Positions 1-9,867 of a stretch of DNA of 25,268 bases are shown here, piece after piece; the first letter of the stretch is position 1, and every line of letters starts with the position of its first letter. The notes under the pieces were generated by a model. That model was given only the letters and a program-made list of their open reading frames with translations. It searched no databases and was not told where the DNA came from. The stretch lies in IMG/VR virus record IMGVR_UViG_3300020042_003587, positions 1-25,268 of that record; one strand, 5' to 3'. The position numbers and the translations under genes were made by a program. This DNA is from a virus. Its lineage: Duplodnaviria; Caudoviricetes.

Positions 1-699
1 ACTGGAAATTTAGGAGACAACACAGCTCAAATTCGTTTGATTAACAATTTAGCCACTACATCTACAACAGGAACAAATCACTTTGTTTCAATTTTACCTT
101 CATTTACACCAACAAGCGGAACAACAATATGGAACGCTGCTTTAATTAATCCAACGATTAATCAAACAGGTGGTGCTAATGGTATTACAAGAGGTCTATA
201 CATTCAACCAACGCTAACAGCAGCAGCTGATTTTAGAGCCATTGAAACAACGGCAGGAAGAATTGTTATTTCAGATACAGCAACTGTAACAGGAACAAAC
301 GCCACCTCATTACTTGATCTTTCTCAAACGTGGAACACAACAGGAACACCAATAGCATTAAAGGTGAATATAACCGATACAGCAAGTGCTGCGCTTTCTG
401 ATTTAATCAGTTTGCAGGTAGGCGGTGCGGTAAGATTCAGAGTGACAAAAGCTGGATATTTTGTTCATAGTACTGGCGGTGAAATTAACGGATCTTTAAT
501 TGTAGGTGGTAGTACAATTAGTGCATCAGCAATACTTCAAGCAGATTCTACCACTCGCGGCTTCCTTCCACCGCGTATGACCACAACGCAAAAGAACGCT
601 ATTGCTTCACCTGCGAGCGGTCTTGTTGTTTACGATACAACTTTGGGTAAGCTATGCGTTAGAACGGCTTCAGCGTGGGAAACAATAACATCAGTATAA
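1..699 (+). CDS. Tail fibre / receptor-binding-like protein, C-terminal part (5' truncated by window edge)
   Basis: Frame 1 is open from base 1 (TGNLGDNTAQIRLINN...). Thr/Gly/Ser-rich, beta-strand-like sequence ending in DSTTRGFLPPRMTTTQKNAIASPASGLVVYDTT, a motif I recognise from Bacteroidota phage fibres and surface proteins. Confidence 0.65.
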   Translation, partial: TGNLGDNTAQIRLINNLATTSTTGTNHFVSILPSFTPTSGTTIWNAALINPTINQTGGANGITRGLYIQPTLTAAADFRAIETTAGRIVISDTATVTGTNATSLLDLSQTWNTTGTPIALKVNITDTASAALSDLISLQVGGAVRFRVTKAGYFVHSTGGEINGSLIVGGSTISASAILQADSTTRGFLPPRMTTTQKNAIASPASGLVVYDTTLGKLCVRTASAWETITSV

Positions 700-719
700 A
701 TTATAACAAACAAAATACA

Positions 720-971
720 ATGGCTAAAATTCAACCAATCGTCTTTCCTCTTAACGCAGGAACGGCAACAGAGATGAGTGTTCTCATTCTCAACTTTGAA
801 ACTAATGCAATTAATTGCACTACCTACTATGAGTTAAAGACCGATGAAGGCAAAGTTCTAAGCAATGGAAATTACACATTGACCGAAGAAGAATTTGCAG
901 GGTGGGGATTCGACAACGAGTATGTCGCAGAATGCGTAGCTAACGCAATAGGTGTAACAATAATAAAATAA
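720..971 (+). CDS. Hypothetical protein (83 aa), possible tail-fibre-associated chaperone
   Basis: ATG at 720 follows an A-rich leader (ACAAACAAAATACA) and is preferred over the track's start at 675. Function inferred from position only. Confidence 0.7.
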   Translation: MAKIQPIVFPLNAGTATEMSVLILNFETNAINCTTYYELKTDEGKVLSNGNYTLTEEEFAGWGFDNEYVAECVANAIGVTIIK

Positions 972-974
972 GAT

Positions 975-1097
975 ATGAACTTAACAGAGGAACATTTAAA
1001 GCAACTTGACGCTTTCATTCAAGAGATGCCAGTTAAATTTGGCTTACCATTGATTCAGTTTTTCAACAAGATAAAAGAAGAGGCTGACAAAGAATGA
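975..1097 (+). CDS. Small hypothetical protein (40 aa, MNLTEEHLKQLDAFIQEMPVKFGLPLIQFFNKIKEEADKE)
   Basis: Not in the ORF track. Fills the gap between neighbours and overlaps the next start as ATGA (1094-1097). Confidence 0.75.
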   Translation: MNLTEEHLKQLDAFIQEMPVKFGLPLIQFFNKIKEEADKE

Positions 1098-1717
1098 GCA
1101 TACTTGCTGAGCTGTTTGAACAGGGAGCACTTTACGATGTGCTTTTAGATTTCGGTGAGACCGTTACTGATCGTGCACGCTCTAACATTAGAATACAGCA
1201 AACAAGGTATGGCAAGAAGCGCAGAGCCAACACTACAGGCACGCTCGCAGCTTCGCTCTACTATGATTTAGATGTAACAGGCACTACGCCATCTATAGGC
1301 TTTAACTCTACAGCAGACTACGCTAAGTGGGTTGAATATGGTAGACAAGGTAAGGAAAGCAATTACAAAGGAATAGATACACGCTTCGCAGCAAGCGCAG
1401 CCAAGCCTCCTGTAGAGGCCATTCTGAACTGGATGAATCTAAAGAAGATTAAGCTACGCTCAATAGGTGAGACAGGCAGAAGAACTAAGTTCGCTAAGAG
1501 TGCAATCAATAGAGACGAAGCACAGCGTTTAAGAGTGGCTAATGCAATGGCGAAGAGCATTGAAAAGAAAGGTATTGCACCATTGTACTATTGGAGAGAT
1601 GCATATCTTGAGACATTACCTGAATATGGGCCGCAACTGAATGAGGCAATGGGGGAAGCTGTGAACATCTATATCTTAAATCAAACGAGAAAATTAACTA
1701 ATATTAAACCTGTCTAA
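1094..1717 (+). CDS. Putative neck / tail-completion protein (HK97 gp10-like)
   Basis: Basic protein with TGTLAASL and YAKWVEYGR motifs and a GIAP..Y C-terminal segment; sits in the tail module. Confidence 0.55.
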   Translation: MSILAELFEQGALYDVLLDFGETVTDRARSNIRIQQTRYGKKRRANTTGTLAASLYYDLDVTGTTPSIGFNSTADYAKWVEYGRQGKESNYKGIDTRFAASAAKPPVEAILNWMNLKKIKLRSIGETGRRTKFAKSAINRDEAQRLRVANAMAKSIEKKGIAPLYYWRDAYLETLPEYGPQLNEAMGEAVNIYILNQTRKLTNIKPV

Positions 1718-1719
1718 TA

Positions 1720-3000
1720 ATGGCAATTACAATACATCAGCAGCCATACGTTTTTACTGCGCTTAAGCAGAAGCTTATCGTGGTGGCTACATCTTCTAAC
1801 ATAGGACAGCCTGGCTTTCGCTATGTGATAGAGGTAAGCAACGGCACTACTACCAATACTTTTTACGTGCAGCCTAACATCAATGGTGCTTTAGTGTTTG
1901 ACCTTAACCCTGTGGTTAGCTCTGCAATGGATTTAGGAGTGAACACTACAGACGTAGCAGCGAGCTTATTTGGTAGCTACACAGTGCAAGATGCGTCTAC
2001 ATCGCGTAATATTTTGGGCATTAGCACAATCATCAAAGAAGGTTATGAGGTGCTTGGTGTATTCGAGGTGCAAGCTACATCTTACCCATTAGATGGCAGT
2101 GCTTTAATCAATGCAGCCTTTCAGATTTCTGATGGGTTTAATCCTAATCCAGCTACACACTTTGCACTAAGCTCAGCAACGAGCTACATTATGAGTGATT
2201 TAGTAAGAAGCACCTATGCCTTAGATGATGTATTAACTAAGTATAGCTTAGGCGCTAACACGATAGGCATAACAGGATATAATGATGACTATGGGGTGCT
2301 TACTATTCCTGCTGATGATGGCACTACTTTAACAGGTAACGCGATAGATGAGGTGCAGATTATTCAATTCAATGCAGCAGGCTCACCTATTCAGACTGAC
2401 ACTTTAGCGTGCGTAATTGCAGCAGGAACAATTAACCATTTGCCTCTCATGCCTGCTAACATCAATGAGATGTTTGCGTTAGATGCAGCATGGCATCACT
2501 ACATCTTGAACTTCAGAACTTCGGGAGGCTCACCATGTGCACGATCAATAGCAGTATTTAAGGCAGCTGACGAATGCAGATTCGATAAGGTCCGCTTAGC
2601 GTGGACCAATAGCAGAGGTGGATGGGATTACTTCAATTTTACTAAACGTTCTGAGGATTCTTACTCAATAGAGCGCAAAAGATATAGAAAGGTAGTGGGT
2701 AACTACGGCACAGCAGATGAGACTACTGAATTTGGATTTAACACTTATGATAGAGGCTTAACTGAGCGCAGCCCATTCGTTGAAAAGATGATGCGCATAC
2801 GCACTGACTATTTAACAGAAGGGCAGTTCGAATATCTTAAGAATCTAATCTACTCAGAATCGGTTTACATGATTGGAGCAGATGGAAGCGCTACTCCTGT
2901 GGTCATTGAATCTAATAACTACGTGGCTATTAAGACTCGCAGCTTTGCGAAGACAGACTTAGAATTGACATTGAAATTTAGCAACGATTACACAGCATGA
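1720..3000 (+). CDS. Virion structural protein, putative tail tip / distal tail component
   Basis: 426 aa, beta-rich, with C-terminal RLAWTNSRGGWDYFNF...LKNLIYSESVY. ATGA-coupled to the large tail protein. Confidence 0.6.
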   Translation: MAITIHQQPYVFTALKQKLIVVATSSNIGQPGFRYVIEVSNGTTTNTFYVQPNINGALVFDLNPVVSSAMDLGVNTTDVAASLFGSYTVQDASTSRNILGISTIIKEGYEVLGVFEVQATSYPLDGSALINAAFQISDGFNPNPATHFALSSATSYIMSDLVRSTYALDDVLTKYSLGANTIGITGYNDDYGVLTIPADDGTTLTGNAIDEVQIIQFNAAGSPIQTDTLACVIAAGTINHLPLMPANINEMFALDAAWHHYILNFRTSGGSPCARSIAVFKAADECRFDKVRLAWTNSRGGWDYFNFTKRSEDSYSIERKRYRKVVGNYGTADETTEFGFNTYDRGLTERSPFVEKMMRIRTDYLTEGQFEYLKNLIYSESVYMIGADGSATPVVIESNNYVAIKTRSFAKTDLELTLKFSNDYTA

Positions 3001-6000
3001 AGCCATCAGTAATATTAACGGTTAAGGCAAGCAATGGAGCTGCTGTTGTTGTAGACCTTTACGAGAATGAGAGCATCAGCTACTCATCTAACTTCAACAG
3101 CCTTTCTGAGTTCACTACCAGGGGTGCTTTCTCGCGTGAGTTCAGAATACCTGCAACGAAGGCTAACGTAGATTTCTTCGGGCAGCAGTATAACGTGAAT
3201 CTGCTTAATGATGACACTACGCAAATCAATGTGCTTCGTAAGATAGAGGCAACTCTTTCAGTAGATACCTTACCCATTGCAGAGGGGCACATACAATTTA
3301 AGCAGGCCATTACTCAGCAGGGTAAGATGCATGAGTTCGTAATAGCTTTTTTTGGCGAGACTGTAGACTTAGCTCGCAGCATTGGAGATAAAATGCTCAA
3401 AGAATTAGACTACTCAGATTTAGACCATGAGAATAGCTACGCCAATGTAAATGATATTAATGATGGTACTTTATTTAATAACGCATTCTGCTACACGCTA
3501 ACGGATAAGGGGCAGAATTGGAGTGAGGATAGTACCTTAGGTAGTAGAAGAGTATTCAGCTCAGTTAATCCAATCTTTACCGGAGAGCTCACGCTAGCTG
3601 TTCAGGCTAAGTGGTTAATGGACAAGATAATAAATGAAGCAGGCTTTACTTGGAGTGGAGATACTATAGCTGCTGAGTTAGAAAATATGTATGAGCCTTA
3701 CATCACTAATCCTCTTACACTTGGCCCATTAAATAACGATGAAGCTAAATTTTTAGCAGCATTTGCAGGAGCAACTACATCAGTTACTATTAATGTTGCT
3801 GCTGCTAATGGCCAAACTAAGAAACAACTTACAGGATGGACTGAGTCAACTGATCCAAGCAATAGCTTTGCTTCCGATGTTTATACATCACAAGGTAACT
3901 TTAATGCAACCTTTTTTATTAGCGCTAATTTTATTATACCAGGTGCTGTAGCATTTGCTCAAAATGCTTATGACTTTGTTTTAGGAGTTACAAGAGATGG
4001 CATAGAAACACTTTTACCAATGGGCCAAGGTCAATCTATTTCCGATACTGTGATAGAATTTGATCCATCAATAGGCCAATATATTCAAGTTCCTGTTGAT
4101 CCTGTTGTATACGCTACCTATACTTTAGATATGCAAGTAGGTGATGAGATACGCTACTATGTTTATGCTCATGCAGGAAGCGCTCAAACTATTTTATTTG
4201 GTGCTAACTGTACTATAGGCGTCTCATTTGTAACAGGAGAGCTGCAAGCGCAGCCTGTAAGCTTTGTTAAGAATGCTCCTGAGCAGAAACAAGTAGATTT
4301 CTTAAGAGATATTCTTAAGATGTTTAATGCTGTGCTTGTGCCTAATCCTAACATGCCTAACGCTGTTGAGATTATTCCAATGGTAGAGTATTTAGGTACT
4401 GGAGATGATTACGATTGGACCGGTAAGTTAGACCTATCAAAAGACATTGTATTAACTCCTGCAGCTGACATCAGAAAGCGCCTACTTAAGTGGAGCTATA
4501 AAGAGCAGGGAGATTTATTTAATGCTAAGTATAAAACAGCAGCTCAGAGAGTCTATGGTGAATTAAGATTAACGGATGCAGGCAATGACTTTAGTACAAG
4601 TGATTTCACAGTAGAGCTAACTTTCGGAGCTTCGCCTTGCGACTTAATACCTAACACTAATTATATCATCCCTAAATACTTTAATGAGACGGGAGAGTTT
4701 ATGGCGCCTGGGCCGCGAATACTTTATAAAAGACCATTCGAGGAGAGCGCTGTAGTTATGGTGTATGATGAGGTAGCTGAGGATGCAACCTTTACAGTAT
4801 TACCTTTGCTTAGCCATTACCAAAATATTCCAACTGAGATAGGCACTAATGACCTAAACTTTGGGCAGGAAGTTCCTCCGCATCCAATCGAGGCTATGCC
4901 ATTGCACACGCTATTTGATAGATATTGGAGGCAGTATATTTCTGAGCTTTACGATTCAGAGCAAAAGATAATGGAGGCTTATTTCAAGCTTAGCGTAACT
5001 GATGTATTTGGGCTTAAGTTTAACGATAAGATTTGGATAAAGGATTCTTTTTGGAGAGTCATAGAATTGACTGATTACATAGTAGCAAATGAGCAAGTAA
5101 CTAAATGCAAGCTCATCCGATTACTTGACATTGGAGCGCTTTGTCAATTTACCCCATCTACAATAGATGTTAAGACTGGAGCAGTAGTATTCTTAGATTA
5201 CGATGGTGGAGAAAGTGTAGGCTCACAAGAGTGCTGCGAGTTTTACGGCTACACTTGGAGCAGTGCTAAAGGCCGATGCTTTGCAAGCACAGGCACTAAC
5301 GGCACAGGAGGTATAATTACCTCACCAAACAACGTAGGAGGTAGCAATATCACTAACACAAGTGGTAATCAGAAAAGCGCTACCGGTATGGGTAACGTCA
5401 ATAGGGCATCTATTGAGAATAACAACGAACGCATATTTGTTAGTGGCTTAGGTCATGGCATTAGTCCTAACAACAACTACTCTCAAGCTATGGGATATCG
5501 TAACTTCATCAGGCCTAACTTAGAAGGTACTACAGTGATGGGCCGATGGGCAGAGGCAGATGTAAGAGGTGTTCACTTTGGCGGGGGTACTTGGTACGAT
5601 GGTACTTCTGATTTCGGAACAACAATACCAGGGCGCTCACAGCACGGCTTTATACAGCTCATGGGGTTAGGTGAAATGACAAGCAATCCAACTAATGTGA
5701 ATCTATTTATAGATGGCATTAATAATGGTGTATTAGTTATGCCTACTGAGACAGTATGGGCTGTTAAGGTTTATATCTCAGTCATGGAATATGATTATGC
5801 AGGAGCTGACTTTACAGGGAAGGTAGCAGCTGCTGAATATAGCTGCATGGTATGGCGCGACAAAGTAACACACTACTCAGCTACACCTCATAAAATACAT
5901 GAATTCGTTAATGGCTTTGCATCTAACTCATTCATATTACACTTGCCAATAGTCAGCAATAGAATAGCACCTTACTTAGAATGCAAGCATACAGGTAAAA

Positions 6001-6065
6001 CAGCTGTAATCAGCGCAACATTCCAATACACTCAAACTAAATTCCAACGTACACCTATAATATGA
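2997..6065 (+). CDS. Large tail tip / hub protein
   Basis: 1022 aa. N-terminal FSREFRIPATKAN motif, a Cys cluster (CQF...ECCEFYGYTW...RCF) and Gly/Asn-rich repeats near the C-terminus. Two genes upstream of the tape measure. Confidence 0.65.
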   Translation: MKPSVILTVKASNGAAVVVDLYENESISYSSNFNSLSEFTTRGAFSREFRIPATKANVDFFGQQYNVNLLNDDTTQINVLRKIEATLSVDTLPIAEGHIQFKQAITQQGKMHEFVIAFFGETVDLARSIGDKMLKELDYSDLDHENSYANVNDINDGTLFNNAFCYTLTDKGQNWSEDSTLGSRRVFSSVNPIFTGELTLAVQAKWLMDKIINEAGFTWSGDTIAAELENMYEPYITNPLTLGPLNNDEAKFLAAFAGATTSVTINVAAANGQTKKQLTGWTESTDPSNSFASDVYTSQGNFNATFFISANFIIPGAVAFAQNAYDFVLGVTRDGIETLLPMGQGQSISDTVIEFDPSIGQYIQVPVDPVVYATYTLDMQVGDEIRYYVYAHAGSAQTILFGANCTIGVSFVTGELQAQPVSFVKNAPEQKQVDFLRDILKMFNAVLVPNPNMPNAVEIIPMVEYLGTGDDYDWTGKLDLSKDIVLTPAADIRKRLLKWSYKEQGDLFNAKYKTAAQRVYGELRLTDAGNDFSTSDFTVELTFGASPCDLIPNTNYIIPKYFNETGEFMAPGPRILYKRPFEESAVVMVYDEVAEDATFTVLPLLSHYQNIPTEIGTNDLNFGQEVPPHPIEAMPLHTLFDRYWRQYISELYDSEQKIMEAYFKLSVTDVFGLKFNDKIWIKDSFWRVIELTDYIVANEQVTKCKLIRLLDIGALCQFTPSTIDVKTGAVVFLDYDGGESVGSQECCEFYGYTWSSAKGRCFASTGTNGTGGIITSPNNVGGSNITNTSGNQKSATGMGNVNRASIENNNERIFVSGLGHGISPNNNYSQAMGYRNFIRPNLEGTTVMGRWAEADVRGVHFGGGTWYDGTSDFGTTIPGRSQHGFIQLMGLGEMTSNPTNVNLFIDGINNGVLVMPTETVWAVKVYISVMEYDYAGADFTGKVAAAEYSCMVWRDKVTHYSATPHKIHEFVNGFASNSFILHLPIVSNRIAPYLECKHTGKTAVISATFQYTQTKFQRTPII

Positions 6066-6259
6066 CAAATCCTTACGAAGACATTATCTATAGCATGACT
6101 TTACTAAGGTCAGGTGTACCTGGCAAGAGTAAAGAATTTCACCAAGCAAGTGGTATCCATCACGCAAGGCTAAAGGTGTGGCAAATAAGGGCTATTAATT
6201 ACACTATACTATTAGGAGTAATCGGTTTAATCGCACTAACAATTTATAGCATAGCATAA
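6062..6259 (+). CDS. Small membrane protein (65 aa)
   Basis: C-terminal hydrophobic helix TILLGVIGLIALTIYSIA. Overlaps both neighbours (ATGA and TAATG). Confidence 0.7.
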   Translation: MTNPYEDIIYSMTLLRSGVPGKSKEFHQASGIHHARLKVWQIRAINYTILLGVIGLIALTIYSIA

Positions 6260-8490
6260 TGGCAGCACAAGAAATGATATTAAAGCTCATCTTTAATGAT
6301 GACGGAACTTTTAAGGGATTAGAGGAGATTAACAAAGAGCTAAAAAAAACAGATGATGCAGTAGCAAGTGCAGAAGAAAAAGTAAAGACCTTAGCTCAGC
6401 AATTTAAAGAACTTAAAAAAGAGCAGGATAAGTACGATCCAGGAACAGAAAAGTTCAATGAGCTATCTATTAAAATGGGTGAGCTTAAGGATAGAATGAA
6501 TGATGCAGCGGATGCTCTTAGGGCAAATACAGGGCCTGCTATTGAGGGGATGAGTAACTCATTTGGAATGATGGGTGAGCAGCTAAGCAACTTAGACTTT
6601 GAAGGATTAACACAGTCGATTCAGTTATTTAGTGGTAATCTCGCTCGCATAGACACTAAGGCTTTAACGGGTGGTTTAAAGGCGGCTTTTCAAGCAGGGG
6701 TAGCAGGAGTAAAAGCTTTGGGTAAAGCGCTTTATGCTAATCCTATCTTCATTTTAGTAGGGGTGCTTATTGCTGTGATTGCTTACTGGGAAGAGCTTAG
6801 CGACTTTGTTACAGGCAAGAGCAAGATGCTTGAGAATCTTAAAGCTCAAGCTGAAGCGCTTAAATCACAAGAACAAGCGCTAACGCGTGAGCTTGCATTG
6901 CAGAAAGCCTTAGGCGCAGGCGCTGGGCAGATATTACGTACTGAATTGGAATTGCTTAAGAATAAGCAGAAGCAAGCTGAGGTAGCAATGAAGATAGCTT
7001 ATGCTGAAAAGAATAGAGAGGAATTCTTAGCAGCACAGCAAGCACAGTTACAAGCTATTAATGAGCTTGAGATGCGTAAGGTTAAGATTAATACCGATGC
7101 TCAAGCTTTATTAGATAAGATTCGTAGTGGTACAGATGACCAATACAATAAACAAGTATTGCAAAACCAAGCCTTTAGCGAATACAAAAAAGCTACTGAG
7201 GAATTAAGTGTATTACAGCAATTAAACAACGAAAGAGCAAGACAGGTTAATACAGAGATAGCCGCAGCTCGCCAGGCAGGTAATAACGCTTTAGCTGATC
7301 AGTTAGTTTTAGAAAGAGAATCATTAAAGCTTCAAAACATTTCACTTCAAAATAATAAGGATGAGATTTGGAATGCAGGAGAGGCAGCTAAAGACAACGT
7401 TAAGACAGAGAAAGAGCTTGAGGCTATAGCTAAAGCTAAAGCAGCAGCAGCAGAAAGAAAGGCTAAGGCAGATGCTGAAGCGAAGAAAATTCAAGAGGAT
7501 GCTTTAGAAGTAGATAAAAGATTAGATGCTATAGAAAAGGAGAGAGCAGATGCTAAAAAGACTGATTTAAATAGAGAGATAGATGACACCTTAGCACTAC
7601 AAAAGACTGAAGAGGAAGCTTATAAAAAAGCAAACAAGAGCGAGAAAGAGCTGCAAGATTTAAAGATAAGACACTCGCAAGAGCTGCAAGGATTATTAGA
7701 AAAATATGCTAAGCTTGAGCAAGAGCTTGCAGATGAGGCAGCAAAGAAATTAAGAGAGTTACAGCAGGAAGGTATAAATCAAAAGCAAGCTGAGTTAATA
7801 GAGCTTCAGTCTATCATAGATGAAGCAGATGAAGCTAACTTTCAAAATACTTTAAGCAAGCAAGAGCAGGAGCTAATGGCTCAGCAAGAGTATTACTTTC
7901 AACTCAAGACACAAGCTGAAGCAGCAGGCTTAGATGCTACTGCATTAGTAGAAGAGCAGGCACGTAAAGAGAATGAGATTAAAGAGAAGTATAGAAAGGA
8001 AGATGAGGCTAAGCGCATGGCTAACATTCAATCTAATTTCGATATGGCAGGCCTTGCATTGGATGCACTAAGCTCACTAAACGAGGCATCGGCTAAAGGA
8101 GATGAGGCAAGCCAGCGTAAAGTGTTTGAACGTAACAAGATGATTCAGAAAGCGCAAGCTACTATAGCTATGGCAAGTGGTATAGTTCAGCAGTTAGCTG
8201 TTCCACAAGATCAGTTAACCGGTATGAACTTCGCCAAGGCAGCAGCATTAGCAGCAGCAGGTATTGCTAACATAGTTAAGATTAATCAGACTCAATTCGG
8301 TGGATCTTCACCTTCGCCAAGCGGAGGCAATCTAACTGCACCATCTGCAAGCAATGCACCTGCTATAGATTTTAGCGCAGCCAATCTTCAGACTAACGCA
8401 CCTGGTGGCTTAGAGACTTATGTGTTAGCAGGCAATGTAGCCAACGCATTAGAGGCGAGACAAAAAATAATAGACCAATCTTATTTGTAA
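6259..8490 (+). CDS. Tail tape measure protein
   Basis: 743 aa, Ala/Glu/Lys/Gln-rich coiled coil, with a hydrophobic ANPIFILVGVLIAVIAYW segment and an Ala/Gly-rich C-terminus. Confidence 0.8.
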   Translation: MAAQEMILKLIFNDDGTFKGLEEINKELKKTDDAVASAEEKVKTLAQQFKELKKEQDKYDPGTEKFNELSIKMGELKDRMNDAADALRANTGPAIEGMSNSFGMMGEQLSNLDFEGLTQSIQLFSGNLARIDTKALTGGLKAAFQAGVAGVKALGKALYANPIFILVGVLIAVIAYWEELSDFVTGKSKMLENLKAQAEALKSQEQALTRELALQKALGAGAGQILRTELELLKNKQKQAEVAMKIAYAEKNREEFLAAQQAQLQAINELEMRKVKINTDAQALLDKIRSGTDDQYNKQVLQNQAFSEYKKATEELSVLQQLNNERARQVNTEIAAARQAGNNALADQLVLERESLKLQNISLQNNKDEIWNAGEAAKDNVKTEKELEAIAKAKAAAAERKAKADAEAKKIQEDALEVDKRLDAIEKERADAKKTDLNREIDDTLALQKTEEEAYKKANKSEKELQDLKIRHSQELQGLLEKYAKLEQELADEAAKKLRELQQEGINQKQAELIELQSIIDEADEANFQNTLSKQEQELMAQQEYYFQLKTQAEAAGLDATALVEEQARKENEIKEKYRKEDEAKRMANIQSNFDMAGLALDALSSLNEASAKGDEASQRKVFERNKMIQKAQATIAMASGIVQQLAVPQDQLTGMNFAKAAALAAAGIANIVKINQTQFGGSSPSPSGGNLTAPSASNAPAIDFSAANLQTNAPGGLETYVLAGNVANALEARQKIIDQSYL

Positions 8491-8495
8491 CGAAT

Positions 8496-8654
8496 ATGGC
8501 GAATTTTCCACTATTAAAAAAGTGCATCACAAGGGGAGTGAGAAATGCTCTATCTGAAATAGATAGAACAGAATTAGAAGATACTGAGCTTATAATAGAT
8601 GAAGTGATTAACGCTATACTTTTTGAAATATCTGAAACATACGATAATGAATGA
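8496..8654 (+). CDS. Small acidic hypothetical protein (52 aa, MANFPLLKKCITRGVRNALSEIDRTELEDTELIIDEVINAILFEISETYDNE)
   Basis: Not in the ORF track. Fills the gap after the tape measure gene and overlaps the protease start by 8 nt. Confidence 0.7.
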   Translation: MANFPLLKKCITRGVRNALSEIDRTELEDTELIIDEVINAILFEISETYDNE

Positions 8655-9240
8655 CAAATTAAAACTAATAGAATACGGCCTCGGTGAGGAACAAGATAAC
8701 ATGGGCGTGTACGCAGTAAGTTTGGTAAGCGAGCCTGCATTAATGGTAGACTTTGTAGCGCTTAGCAAGCAGAATCTTTTACTTGCAAGAGTAGAAGATG
8801 GAGAGAAGCGCATGCTTTACGGCCCTGCACTGATTCCTAATCAGCCTATAGTACGTTACGATGGTAATGGTGAGAAGTATTTCATCACTTACTCTAAAGA
8901 GACCATTGAGCAGACAGCGCAAGAATTCTTAAAGCGTAACATGCACCACAATCACACCATTCAGCATGAGATGCCTGTAAACAACTTAACTGTTGTAGAG
9001 TCGTGGATTAAGGCAGGAGCTGATAAGGGAGATAACTACGGCTTTGAATTGCCTGATGGCACATGGATGATTGGTGTTAAGGTAGATGATGATAACACAT
9101 GGGCAGCAGTAAAGAATGGCGAGGTTAAAGGCTTCTCAATAGAGGGGTGGTTTACTCCAATGGCTGAAACGCAAGTGCAAGAGAAAGACTTAGAGAAGCT
9201 ATTAGCTGAATTGAGCGCAGCGCTTGAAATGAATTCTTAA
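8647..9240 (+). CDS. Prohead maturation protease, XkdF-like
   Basis: Motifs SLVSEPA, RMLYGPALIPN, HNHTIQH, VVESW and GTWMIGVKV...W..VK.GEVKGFSIEG. ATG at 8647 preferred over 8623. Upstream of scaffold and capsid. Confidence 0.85.
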   Translation: MNDKLKLIEYGLGEEQDNMGVYAVSLVSEPALMVDFVALSKQNLLLARVEDGEKRMLYGPALIPNQPIVRYDGNGEKYFITYSKETIEQTAQEFLKRNMHHNHTIQHEMPVNNLTVVESWIKAGADKGDNYGFELPDGTWMIGVKVDDDNTWAAVKNGEVKGFSIEGWFTPMAETQVQEKDLEKLLAELSAALEMNS

Positions 9241-9266
9241 TTTTTTCCACTAATAATTATACAACT

Positions 9267-9842
9267 ATGAACATGATTTCTGAAATTTTAGAAAAGTTTG
9301 CTCCAGCGCTTTCAAAGCATGGGGTGAAATTATCAGTAGAAGAGACTCCTGCCGTTGAAACCTTTGAGGTGAAGATGATGGCTGAGGGTGCTTTAGCTGA
9401 TGGTACTATGATCTATTCACCTGCTGCTGAATGGGCAGAGGGAGTAGAGATATTCGTAATGGATGCAGATGGCAATCCTTCACCTTTAGCTGATGGCGAA
9501 TATACTTTGGACAACGGTAAAGTTATCGTAGTTACTGAAGGTAAGATAGCATCTATTGCTGAAGCTATTACTGAAGAGCCTACTGCTGAAGTAGAGGTAA
9601 CAGTAGAGCAAGAAGTAGCTGAGACTTATTCTAAAGAGCAAGTAGAAGGATTACTTAAGAACATCATTACTGAGTTCGAAACTAAGTTAAGCGCTGCTGA
9701 AGCTAAGATTACTGAGCTTTCACAAGCACCAGCTGCTGTAACAGTTAAGCAATCTCGCCAAGTAGCTCAGCCTACTGCTGTAGATATGTCACGCATGACC
9801 TCTCAACAAAGAGCTTATGCAATTATCAATAAATTTAAATAA
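9267..9842 (+). CDS. Capsid scaffolding protein
   Basis: Very acidic protein with PLADGEYTLDNGKVIVVTEGKI and a coiled-coil C-terminus, located between protease and capsid. Confidence 0.7.
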   Translation: MNMISEILEKFAPALSKHGVKLSVEETPAVETFEVKMMAEGALADGTMIYSPAAEWAEGVEIFVMDADGNPSPLADGEYTLDNGKVIVVTEGKIASIAEAITEEPTAEVEVTVEQEVAETYSKEQVEGLLKNIITEFETKLSAAEAKITELSQAPAAVTVKQSRQVAQPTAVDMSRMTSQQRAYAIINKFK

Positions 9843-9867
9843 ACACAAATAAAAACAACAACAAAAA

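Noticed and set aside
675-719. Track start positions 675, 8623 and 15203
   Set aside because: Downstream ATGs (720, 8647, 15233) have better leader context or tighter coupling to the upstream gene.
3763-3951. 62-aa alternative-frame + strand ORF inside the tail protein (likewise 22727-22930 inside terL)
   Set aside because: Short, Leu-rich by-products of codon bias with no motif, unlike the nested MTase ORF.
6342-6349. A8 run early in the tape measure gene as a frameshift site
   Set aside because: A shift would give only a ~30-aa peptide. It is not at a domain boundary and is explained by Lys-Lys codons.
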